A stretch of 64,000 bases of DNA from Hyaloraphidium curvatum SAG 235-1 (GCA_025558095.1 JAIVFI010000043.1:186001-250000); one strand, 5' to 3'; counted from the first letter of the stretch, positions 38,502-49,345 are shown. Notes: a model not told the origin generated them from the letters alone. A program made the numbers and translations.

Positions 38502-38849
38502 AGAGCCCAGAGCCAGGTCTCCATGTTCCACTCGCGGCCCAGTGCTTCCAGTCTGGTCTGCAGCTTCTGGCGCCGCTCTGCATTTGCTGAACAGTGGAAC
38601 ATAGAATAGAATAGTATTGGTGACCCGGACCTGCTCCTGGCTTGGCCGCTGCTACACCATGAGTTTGCTGCTATTTGCACAAAAGTTCATTGTCGTCGTG
38701 TGTCTTTTTCATTTTCCCAGTTTTCCTGTCCTTCATGGACTTTGAGATGAAGCTGGCAATGGAGTTGAGGGCCTTCTCCTTCTGCCACCTTGCTTTGATC
38801 GTGGGCTCGAACTCCTTGATGCTAAGAGCCCAGAGCCAGGTCTCCATGT
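38279..38849 (-). mobile_element. Two tandem, short 5'-truncated LINE copies (C1 38279-38600, C2 38601-38849)
   Basis: Each begins on the + strand with the GAATA tail and the same 3' UTR and ORF end. Confidence 0.9.
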
Positions 38850-39553
38850 GCCTTTTGACTATAGATTTTGGTACAAAATCGAGTCAAAAGGTTGGGGAAA
38901 AAGTGTGTGGCAAGTGGGGAGGGGGGCAAAACGAATGTCACTCAGCAAGGGATTATCACCGTGGCGGGGCCAACACCGAACCAGAGGTGCGGACGACCGG
39001 CGTGTGCCTCTCTGCTCAGGCAGCATCGGCGTCTGCACGGGGGCGCTTTCCGTGTCGCTCGCTGCGCCCCGTTGTGTGCCGGCGGGTGCGGCAGTTCAAT
39101 GCGGACCAGGGTCTCCGCCTGCGGTCGCTTGGTGGCCTTCTGCGCCGCGGTCGCCGTTCTGCACCTAGCATTCACGAGGGCGACTTCTTTTGGCGGTTCT
39201 GGTGCAGTGGTTTATGGGGTAAGGCGGTACGAAGCTTACACCGACCGCGTTGACCCCTCCCGGCCGTAGTCGCGGACAACGGCGCGATGAGCGCGCCGTC
39301 GGGTCAGCTCCCTGGCTCGTTGTTGCCTGTTCTCCCGACCGTTGGCACGCCGCCAGAAACCGCGATTCCGAAACAGAGCCCCGCGGCCGCGGCCAAGGCC
39401 GCAGTGGCGGACGCGGTACGACGCACTCCATCCCTTTCCGCAGCTCAACGAAGGACGATCTACAACCGCGTGCTCCAAAGCGTCAAAGTAGCGTCTATGT
39501 CGGAAGAGGAACGCGCCGAACTTCGGGCACGGAATGCCGTTGCAAAGAACCTT

Positions 39554-39765
39554 TGTTCCCCTGGTCGCAGGCGCCCAGAGACAGGTGCAGATGAGGCGGG
39601 TGGCGTTCCTGGTGTTTGTTGTGTTATTCCCCTCTCCCTAGAGCCGCCCTCCTAGGTTATTGTCTAGCCAAGATCCACCCATCCATCCAAGTCCAACATC
39701 CAACTCCAGGACCAACTCCAACTCGATTCGACGGCTCCAAACACATCCATCCATCCCCAGCAACA
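39554..39765 (-). repeat. 3' LTR of Copia element
   Basis: TG..CA termini; differs from the other LTR at 2 adjacent positions seen (ttcg vs tctg). Confidence 0.95.
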
Positions 39766-40097
39766 CTCCCCCATTTGGAGGCGAGTGGATCGAGTGGAGT
39801 CCCCCACCGCGTGCTCCTCCACGCCCCGGGATTGAGTTCCTCGGGCTGCCTAGGCCAGGCTCCCTGATGTCACATCGCACGTCACACCTCCCCCCAAGCC
39901 CGGGCGATCCAATCGCCGTACAAGAGTCCCCCAGAGACCATACATGCAAAGAAAGTACAATACACAATACAATCCAGAGTTACACGTAGAGAAACTCCCC
40001 CAGAAACCAAGGAACGGCTGCCCACTAGCCTCAGGCTCATCACGGGCAGAGATTCCCGGCAGGGGCCGGCTCGCAGAGAATGCTGGCCTCAGGCCCA

Positions 40098-43000
40098 TCA
40101 CGTACTGGAAGCCGAACCCGAAGGAAGATCCACCACACCAATGCGCGCACGGAAAAGTTCAAAAGGGGCCGGAGCTAAAGGCTTGGTAAAGCCGTCCTCA
40201 AGGTTGTCGTCTGACACCACCCGCGCAGTCTCAATGGTTCCATTTTGCACAGTGTCGCGAACCAGGTGGTACTTGATATCGATGTGCTTCGTTCGCTCGT
40301 GGAACTTAGGATCACGAGCGAGCTGTTCAGCAGACTTGTTGTCCTCGAAAAGTCGCGTAGGTGTCGTCCGCGCAAAGCCAAGTTCCTGCAGGATGGAGCG
40401 CAGCCAGAGAATGTTGCGAACTGCATGCGCCATAGCAACGTACTCGGCTTCCGTAGTAGACTGTGCAACGATGGATTGCCGCTTGGTCAGCCAGGCAATG
40501 CTGGAAGCACCCATGAGGATGACGAGACCCGTGGTCGACTTGCGGGTCATCACACAGCCAGCAAAATCGGCATCCGCATATGCACAGAGATCCAAGCGAT
40601 CACCAGACGCAGGACGACGACCAAGAACGAGTCCATAGGTACGGGTGCGGTGCAGGTAGCGCAAAACATCTCGAAGCGCCTTGATGTGAAGAGGCCCAAA
40701 GCTGTTGGCAAAGTGAGAAAGAAAGATAACTGCAAAGGCAATGTCTGGCCGTGTTGTGATGGCAATCCAAAGTAGAGATCCAATCAGGCCTTTGTAGTTG
40801 AAGCTGTTGACGTCGTCTTGGATCTTCGTTGGCAGGCTGTCAAATACCGTGGGGTCGAATGGGCGCAGCATCTGGAGTGCATCTGGGCGCATCGGCGTGA
40901 GAGCAGACTTTGTCTCCTTGCTGGGAACAGCACGCGTGAATGCGAAGTCGCGGAGGACGCGGTCGATGTATGCCGTCTGCGACAATGAGATTGTACCAGT
41001 GCCGGTGTCGCGACGGATGTGCACGCCCAAGCAGTAAGTGACAGGACCCAGCGAGTTGATGTTGAAATGCTGCTTGAGACTGGCAAACAATTCATCGATC
41101 TCCAGCTGTGAGGTGGCGGCAACCAGCAAGTCGTCCACGTAGACAAAGACGATCATAATGCGGCCGGCCGCGAAGCGCATGTAGAGACAGCTCTCGGAGG
41201 CCAGCTTCACGAATCCAGCCTGGCGAAGGAAATGATCAAGTATTGCAAGGAACAAGCGCATCGCTTGCCGTAATCCATAGAGACTGTACTCTTCAGCAGC
41301 CGAAGCACTGTGCGCGAGGAAGACTCCTTGAGGAACCGCCATCCCGGAGGCGGCCTGATGTAGACAATGTAGTCCAGCGGAGCATGCAGAAACGCCGTCT
41401 TGATGTCCCAGTGATCACAGAGGAGTCCCAGCGTGGCAACAAGAAGAAGGAAGAGGCGGAAAACGACTTGGTTAGGAACGGCAGCGAACGTATCGTAGTA
41501 TGTTTGCTCGGATTGGCGGTTTCCATCCGCCACCAAGCGTGCCTTGAAGCGCGTAACGTTGTTGTTCTGGTCCTTCTTGACGTCGTAGACGTAGTGCGAG
41601 GGCACCACCTTGTCCTCGTCACCAGTGGGGAGTTCCGTCTCCTCGACCACACCCATCTCAAGAATCGACTTGTTCTCCTCCTGCCGCGCTTCCTCCCACT
41701 GAGCCGCATGCGGTGACCTCTGCGATTCGTTGTATGTGCGCGGAACGGTGACATCGTGCACCGACAGCAGGGTCACCGGGCTCGTGTCTGGGTGAGGGGC
41801 ATTGGTACCTGGTATGCGGCACATCTCGAAGGCTGGGAAGCGGAAAGGAGGGGAGAATGTCAACGGGGTGACAGTCGAAGACATGGCAAGGGGGTCCTGG
41901 AGACCGTCATCTGGCCAAGGGTGCTCGGCATGCCATCGCACCCCATCGCCCGGCTCATCGCCATCGCCAGCATCCACTTCCTCCCGCTCCGCTTCCGGTG
42001 GGTACTCAATCTCTTCTTCAAGGAGCTCCCACTCGTACGCTTCGTTCGCCTCATGTCGCTGTGCAGATTCCTGGGGGCCCGTTCCCGTATCCTTGTGCTG
42101 TGTCCGCTGATCATCGTCGCTGTCTTCATCCATCGCTGGATCCACCGGCTTGGAGAGCTGAGGGGGAAGTCGGGGATGCACAAGAGCAAAAGGTCGTTGC
42201 TTCCCCAGCTCGTCAATCTCGCGGAAGGAGCCGGGCGAGCGTTTAGAATAGCGCTCGTTGAAGACAACCGATCGAGCATGAACTATCTTGCCTGTGGTCA
42301 GATCCAGAACCGTGTACGCCTTCAGATGCTTCGGGAAACCGAGGAAGATTGCACGGTGTGCACGGTCGTCCAGAGCCTTGCGCTGGCTGGGGAGGATGCC
42401 ATACCAGCACTCCGACCCGAACGTGCGGAGACGTGACAGGTCGGGTTTAGTCCCTGTCCACAGCTCATGCGGCGTGGTAACCGTTCCCTTTGCGCCCCGT
42501 TGCATCGTCTTCACTGTTGGGAGCATGTTGCGGACTTCAGTCTTGTATGCGAGGGCGTAGTTCCAGAAACGCTTCTCGACATCAGTCTGAATGCAGAGCG
42601 CAAGTACCCCTTCGACCTGGGAACGATGCTCGCGTTCGGGTACCGCGTTCTGTTGAGGCGTATCGGCTATGGAGACCCGGAAGTGAGTGCCTCGTTCACG
42701 TAACCAGGTCTGGAACCAGCCCAGCTCCCTTGCGTTCCAACGCCCGAGCTCGGTACCCTGGTCAGACTGGAGGTGCTTGAGGCGTTTCCCGGTCTGCATC
42801 TCGGCCCACACTATGAGCTGCTGAAGGAGAGGTGCCGCTTCGTCCTTGGTCTTCAGGGGGATCGACCAAAGCTTCTGCGACCACTCGTCCTTGACGTCCA
42901 TCCAGTAGCGGTCGCCGTGCACGGAGGTGATATCGACCGGGCCCTTGAGGTCAACGTGCCAGAGATCCATAACATCCTTGACGTGCTCACGCATTGAGGG

Positions 43001-43762
43001 GCGGAACGGCGCGGTCGTCAGCTTCGCGCACAGGCAGACGTCGCACTCGATAACCTCCGACTCGGGGCCCAGATCGACGTTCTCAAGGCCAAGCACCGCG
43101 CCCGACCTCTGCGCTATCCGGATGCGCTCAATGTGAGCGTGCGCACACCGGGCATGCCACAGGTGACGGTCGTAGAGACGTGACATGCGTACCCCGCGCA
43201 GTCGGATCAAATCCGCGTTGGTGAGTCCCCACATGGCCTGCGACGTTGACCCCGGTTTGACGACCTCGATCGACATCGGGAAGACGCCGTTCTGCTGGGG
43301 AAGAATGCATAACTCCGTGCCGTCCACAAGGTATAGCAGTTTCTGCATCTCCTTGTCCGTCAGGTAGCGGTTCTTGGATCGAATGCCAGCGGCGGCCAAT
43401 GCCGTTTCCGAGAATAGGCGGCACGGTGTGCTCGGCATGAAGAGAACGTTGTCAAGCCGAACAACGGGTCCGCTGGTGCGGAAACGCACGTACATGGTGC
43501 CAGCCTGTGACACCTCCACGGGCCCCGTAAGTCCATGCACAACGAACTTGGGTATCGAGTAGACTTTGGTCAGGTCGCTTAGGGTATTGGTGGAGTTGCG
43601 ACTCGCGCCAGAATCGAAGAAGGAATCGCAGTTGTTCGCTCGGACATGGTTAATGTACGCGCGAGCGTGTTGAGCTTGTACCATGCCGCCGTCGATGTCC
43701 TCCCCCGAAACGGCGTTGGCCGTCACGGTCGGCATCACAGCGGCCTCCCCGCCGCCACGTAG
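40098..43762 (-). pseudogene. Copia pol (PR, IN, RT, RNase H), frameshifted at ~41285
   Basis: FFDSGAS, LWHARCAH..CDVC, WHVDLKGP, SDQGTE, PQQNAVPER, RFKARLVA, DIKTAFL, SLYGLRQA, YVDD, YADADFA, STTEAEY, RTKHIDIKYH. Confidence 0.93.
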
Positions 43763-45920
43763 TTAGTAGTCGAAGCCGTCGCCGTAGGGCGCTCCCTCGC
43801 CGGGCTCGTGGTCGTAGCCGACATAGCTGAGATCGGCTCCCTCACTGTCACCATCCATCGAGCCATAGCCCAGGAAGCCGAAGGCTGTCAGGCAAGGCTG
43901 CAATGAAGATCGATCTGGGTGCGGGGCGGGTGAGTTACCTTCGGCAGCGGCGTCGCCTTACCGAGATGAACAGAGAGGATACGAATCGGATCAAAATGAG
44001 ATAGCGGGATAAGGAACGGAAAATCAAGTCAGTATCAGGCGCGGATGTTGTGGGATCGGAGGGGATGGTTGTTGGTTGGGGGAGGTTTTCGGGTTGTGGC
44101 GCGGTCAACCGGAAAACATCGCGACTCCCGTCCCAAACTCCGTCACGCGGCACACAGTCACGCGCCGGGCCCGCGGCCCCTCCTGGCGCGAGGCAACCGC
44201 CGACGTCGAGCACCACGGCCCCTTCGCGACGCCGGGCCCACGGCCCATACTCTAGCGCCGGGCCCACGGCCCCTTCGCGGCGCCGGGCCCGCGGCCCACA
44301 TTCCACGCGCCGGGCCCGCGGCCCCTTCACGGCGCTGGGCACCGCGGCCCTCTTCTTTAAGCGTCTGGCACCTCGGCCCCTCGCGACGCGGGGCACCGCG
44401 GCCCTTCCCCTAGGCGCCGGGCACCGCGCCCCTTCTCGTCAAGCGTCTGGCACCTCGGCCCTTCGCGACGCGTGGCCCGCGGCCCTCCTCTCAAGCGTCT
44501 GGCACCTCGGCCCTTCGCGACGCGGGGCCCGTGGCCCTCCTCTCAAGCGTCTGGCCCGCGGCCCTTCGCGACGCGGGGCCCGCGGCCCTCCTCTTCAACC
44601 AAGCGCCGAGCACCGCGGCCCCTTCGCGGCGCGGGCACCTCGGCCCTGACATCACCACCCGATGCTCACCCTCGCTGTGTTCCATCTGGGCATCTGCCAG
44701 CATGGCGTACGGCTGCTGGGGCGGTGATGGGCACTCGCGCTGTACGTGCCCCTTGCCGTTGCAATTGTGGCACTTCTTGTCGGGGCACGCCGATGCCACG
44801 TGCCCCAGCTTGCCACATTCGCGGCAGGTGATCTCACTGGTCACCGGAGCCGGCCTCCAAACGGCAGCACCAGCGGGGCGGTAGCTTGGGCCGCCCATCG
44901 GCCTCAGTGTCTGCGCGGGGTAGTAGCCGCGGCCTCCGCGCATGCCACCACGTGCCAACCCGCGGCCGTGCATCCGAGTATCATGGCCCTGGCCTTGGAT
45001 AGGAGCCATGCCGCTCGGCCTGTAGCTGGGGTACGGAGCGTAGCGACCGTGCTCGTACCAGGGGCGCTGCGGAGGCCGACTGAGGATGCCACCACTATGG
45101 AGGGCTTGTTGGGGCGGCTGATAGGCAGTGAAGCCGGGTCCGAATCCAGCAGGGGGCGGGAGCGTCGGGAGTGTCGCCGGAGCTGTCATCTTGACAGGTG
45201 CATGCGGCATCTTGTTTCCTTGGGCTGTGTTAGCCGCATCCCGCATGCCATTGAACGAGAATGTTATACTCTCGCTCTTGCCGTCTTCGTCGAAGTGCCC
45301 GTCCTCGTCAATGACTCGGCCCCAGAATCCTTGGAGTTCCGTGAACGGGAAGCCTTCGGTGAACGTCACCATCAGAGCCACGTCGTAGTCTGAGAGTGGT
45401 TTCTTGTGCGCAAGTCTCTCTGACTTGATACTCAGCAGCTCGTTGAAGTTTTGGTCCACAGTCTTTGAAGCGTCCCACTGCCACTTGTTTACGCGGACTT
45501 GGGACGTACCAAGCGCGCCTTTCCAACTTTGAACTTCTTGTGAATCGCGATCCAGAGGTCGTAGGCCGTCTTGGGCTCGTCGAACGCTTCCTGGAGGACG
45601 TCGTCGAGCATCAACATGAGCTCGCCGTAGGCCTTTTCGGCCGTCGTCCTGAACTTGTGTTCCGTGAGGATCGAGTGCGCGGCCTTCTCTTCCTCGGCAA
45701 GGATGGTCTGCCTCTGCCCGTCTGTGGTCTCTGGAGCGGCGCTGCGCTCAGCAGCCCTCTTGCGGGCCTGCTCGAGCTGCCAGTCGATGCTGAGGACGTT
45801 GTTGACGACGTACTCGTACACCCCAAGCTTGTTGAGGTAGATGGGGGCCTTGCGGTCCCACTGGACCATGTTGTCACCGGTGTTGAGCAGGATAGGCTTG
45901 TTGGCATCGTTGGCTGTCAT
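43763..45920 (-). pseudogene. Copia gag with two CCHC zinc knuckles; frameshift ~45500 and nested insertion
   Basis: TAYDLWIAI, CRECGKLGHVASAC, CHNCNGKGHVQREC. The C-terminal piece ends GFDY-TAA at 43763-43765. Confidence 0.8.
43886..44651. mobile_element. 766-bp nested insertion with TGTCAGG..CCTGACA ends; probable solo LTR of a second retroelement
   Basis: 7-bp inverted TG..CA termini; interrupts gag; GC-rich tandem repeats at ~44160-44645 (unit like ggcccttcgcgacgcggggcccgcggccctcctctcaagcgtct). Confidence 0.6.
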
Positions 45921-45968
45921 CCTGTTGCGGACGGGCTTCCAGGGGTAGCAGGCACGTGTCAGAGCAAT

Positions 45969-45982
45969 TGAGACTCTTAATC
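45969..45982 (-). promoter_or_regulatory. Primer-binding site complementary to the tRNA-Lys(CTT) anticodon arm
   Basis: The + strand TGAGACTCTTAATC corresponds to tRNA-Lys(CUU) positions ~27-40 (stem-CT-CTT-AA-TC). No TGG/CCA-type PBS is present. Confidence 0.75.
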
Positions 45983-45985
45983 CTT

Positions 45986-46197
45986 TGTTCCCCTGGTCGC
46001 AGGCGCCCAGAGACAGGTGCAGATGAGGCGGGTGGCGTTCCTGGTGTTTGTTGTGTTATTCCCCTCTCCCTAGAGCCGCCCTCCTAGGTTATTGTCTAGC
46101 CAAGATCCACCCATCCATCCAAGTCCAACATCCAACTCCAGGACCAACTCCAACTCGATCTGACGGCTCCAAACACATCCATCCATCCCCAGCAACA
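45986..46197 (-). repeat. 5' LTR of Copia element
   Basis: Direct repeat of 39554-39765, followed on the minus strand by AAG and the PBS. Confidence 0.95.
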
Positions 46198-47182
46198 AGA
46201 ACAAGTCTCGGCGTTGTGCACGGTCAGGTGCGTTGAGCGCGGCGTCACAGCACCCGTTGCCGCCACTCACACGGTCGTTATCTACGCGCACGAAGAGGAC
46301 GTTTCTTTTGCCGTTGCAGAGTCGTGGCATGACGACGGATGTGTTAGTTCTGAATGTGGGGAAGGTTGGACACGGTCGTGCGCAGCCCCGCCGGGTGTTT
46401 TGATTGCGAATCGCGTGCAGCGCGTTCCGAAACCTTCGAGGTGGAAAAGACCAATCTCGGATCCGAGGCCTGCTCCCGGCACTGTGGGCAGACGCCGATT
46501 TGGGCGCAACGCGTTGCACCTTTTGACCCTCCCTTCCAGCGTCACCCACCAAACGCCGGGCCACGCAACCCACGGATGCGCCGATTGCGGGCACTACGTT
46601 GGGTGGGTTTGAGAGGCGCTTGATGTGCAAGGGCAGATCGTGATTGCTGTGCCTTGCAGGATCCCCCAAGAAGCGTGTTCGGGTAGCGGGAGCGGCAAGT
46701 CCGGTGACCGTTGACCCGATCCTGGGTGCATTGTCTGTTTGCGCGTGCCTTCCGGCCTCATTTTGCTTTCCGTCCCGCAGATCGCAATTGTTGCGGAAAC
46801 GAAAGCGTGAGGGCCGGGGGCACACGCGGTGTGGATCCTATGGACATTGACATCCCAATTGCAGGTTTGCCTCCGCACGTTCGGTCCCGCTTCGACCGTT
46901 GGTTTTATTTCTCTTCTTAGGTTCATCTGGCACAAATCTCGAGCGCGACACGGCCGGCCGGACGGAGCCCGTCCCTTTTGCGCCCGGCCGCGGCACTTCC
47001 GCATGGGCAGGTGGCACCGGTTCGTGCCAGGCAGCTTAACTTCGTGGCAGTGATCTAACTGGCCGCGCTCCGCAGATTCGGCAGCCTCCTCAATGGACCC
47101 CCTTGTCGATCCCGCCTACTCAACTACTCATGGGTTTGCTCGCGCTCGATTCGTCAAGACCGTACGGGACCTGTGCGACATT

Positions 47183-49345
47183 ATAGAATAGTATTGGTGA
47201 CCCGGACCTGCCCCTGGCTTGGCCGCTGTTACACCATGAGTTTGCTGCTAATTGCAAAGTTCATCGTCGTCGTGTGTCTTTCTCATTTTCCCAGTTTTCC
47301 TGTCCTTCATGGACTTTGAGATGAAGCTGGCAATGGAGTTGAGGGCCTTCTCCTTCTGCCGCCTCGCTTTGATCGTGGGCTCGAACTCCTTGATGCTAAG
47401 AGCCCAGAGCCAGGTCTCCATGTTCCACTCGCGGCCTAGTGCTTCCAATCTAGTCTGCAGCTTCTGGCGCCGCTCCGCATTTGCTGAACAGTGAAACAGA
47501 AAGTGTTGTTCGTCTCCAATGTGCTCAGGGTCATGCTTGCACGTTCTCTGCTGCACCTCAAGTCCTTGGTGCCTGCCTGTCTCCACCTCCAGGTCGTGGG
47601 TAGAGCACAGCAACTTTTGGACATCCCTCCGGTGCTTCTCCACCCGGATCAGGGATGGTCCGATGTGGCCAAAGGTCATGTCACACATCCTCCAAAAGTG
47701 CAGTTTGTCGTTGTCCTTGAGCCTCTGGGCATTGATCTCCCTGAACTTGCCCTTCACAAGATTCTCCACAGTCTCCTTGGGCCATGAGAAAGTGTCCTTC
47801 TCCCACATCTCCCTCCCATCTTCGCCGCCATAGTATACAAGTAGTTCCCTCAGGAAGGCAGCCCAGTTCCAGGACCCCTTCAGTGCCTCGATCTTGAGCT
47901 CTTTGTAAAGTAGGTACAGCGCAGGATCCGCTGTTTTGATGCGCATGAGGAACTTGAGTGCCGACTCGTGGTCATGAACTGCAAGGGGGCGGGTACTGGC
48001 CAGTGATCGCATACAGACAGGCCAGGGAGGTAGACTTGGGCAGATGAGTGACGGCACGAAGAGCTATGCAAGTCACTTTGTCCCTGGTGCTTTCCCCGGC
48101 AACGTACTCCTCCTTCGGCATCTCAACAATGAAGGGGTTCCCATATTGGCCCAATGCCTTGACCTTCGTGTTGTAGAGCTTGAGTTGGAGGTCAGGACTC
48201 ATCCCAGGCTGCTCCCTGATGTCGCGGAACCAGAGCCCATAAGCAGCATTCATCTTAGCCTCCCTGCCATGCACATGGTCCTTGTTCCGCCCTTTTGAGG
48301 TGAGCTGGTACCCCAGAAGCTTGAAGCTGTCGAACCTCTTCAGCTCCTGGCCCCTGTACAGGAGCTTCACACGGTGGGGTGCCCTCCTGGCCATCCACTC
48401 TGTTTTGCTGATGTTGTCTCCAGCCCATTGGCACTGGCATAGCAGACAAAAGATCCAGCTGCATCTTGGCATCCTTCAGCGTCTTCGACATCAAAGTGGT
48501 GTCGTCTGCAAAGAACAAAGCCAGCAAGCTGACCATCCTCTCCTGATCCTCCTCCTCCTCAAACACCATGCCCAGATCCATCCCTTTTGCACCATTGGCC
48601 TCTACTCTATGAAAGCAGTGATGTCGTTGATGAACGAGATGAAGAACAGCGATGAGAGTGGGTCCCCCTGCTTCACTCCAGTTAGGAACTTGATGAAGTC
48701 CGACTTGGTGCCGTCCTCATCCCGGATCCTTCCCCACACCTGCCCAAACGCCATCTCGAACATATCAACAACCTGTTTGGGTACACCCATCTCCTCCAGC
48801 TTCCTCCACAACCTCGGGCGCTCCACCGTGTCAAAAGCCTTTGTGAAATCTACAAACACCATGATCAGGTTCTCCTTGCGTGCCTTGGCCAAGGAGAAGA
48901 GCGCCTCAGCGAGGAATACTGCATGAAGGGTGGACCTCCGTGCCCGGAATCCAAACTGAGAGCCTTCCAGCAGCTTGTTGCACTCAGCCCAGGGAGCTAG
49001 CCGAGCGTTCCAGACCTGGGAAAAGACCTTCTCCAGTGTCCTCTCTATGCTGATGCCCCCGTAGTTGCCAGCCACGTTCTGGGGGCCCTTCTTGTGCAGC
49101 ATCACCAGCAGTGTCTGGCCCCAGTCTTGCATGTCAACCCCATTGAGCACGTCGTTGAGCAGATCGACAACAGCTTGCTTCAGCACAGTGGTCCCATATT
49201 TGACGAACTCGAGCCCGATCCCATCCTCATCTGCTGGCCTGCCGTTAGGAGCCTTCTTCAGGACATTCTCCTGCTCCCTGTGCCTGCCGGAGATGCAAGT
49301 GATGGGATCTTCCAAGTGGCACTGCTCACGCAGGAACACTCTGCT
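47183..49345 (-). mobile_element. LINE copy D (longest, 5'-truncated), RT domain
   Basis: QFGFRARRST, VFVDFTKAFDTV.R..LW, GVKQGDPLS, FADD, C-terminal H..EVETGR..C..DE.HFL..C; GAATA tail. Confidence 0.92.

Larger units (their letters stand above)
39551..46197 (-). mobile_element. Full-length but disabled Ty1/Copia LTR retrotransposon, TSD AGAAC
   Basis: 212-bp LTRs, 5-bp TSD (39546-50 / 46198-202), PPT TGGGGGAG beside the left LTR, domain order gag-PR-IN-RT-RH. Confidence 0.95.
38850..47180 (+). mobile_element. Degenerate element, possibly the 5' part of a Helitron-like element, split by the Copia insertion
   Basis: Terminal 41-bp hairpin. The ORF MSAPSG..MSEEERAELRARNAVAKN continues as KSRR across the Copia TSD. 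Decayed motifs LGALSVC..CCGNESV and HFRM...HRFVPGSL resemble the RepHel N-terminus. Confidence 0.35.

Noticed and set aside
35264-47250. Recurrent ttggtgacccggacctgcccc..ttggccgctgttacacc repeats as a CRISPR-like array
   Set aside because: Irregular spacing, and each repeat continues into the same LINE ORF end; they are LINE 3' UTRs.
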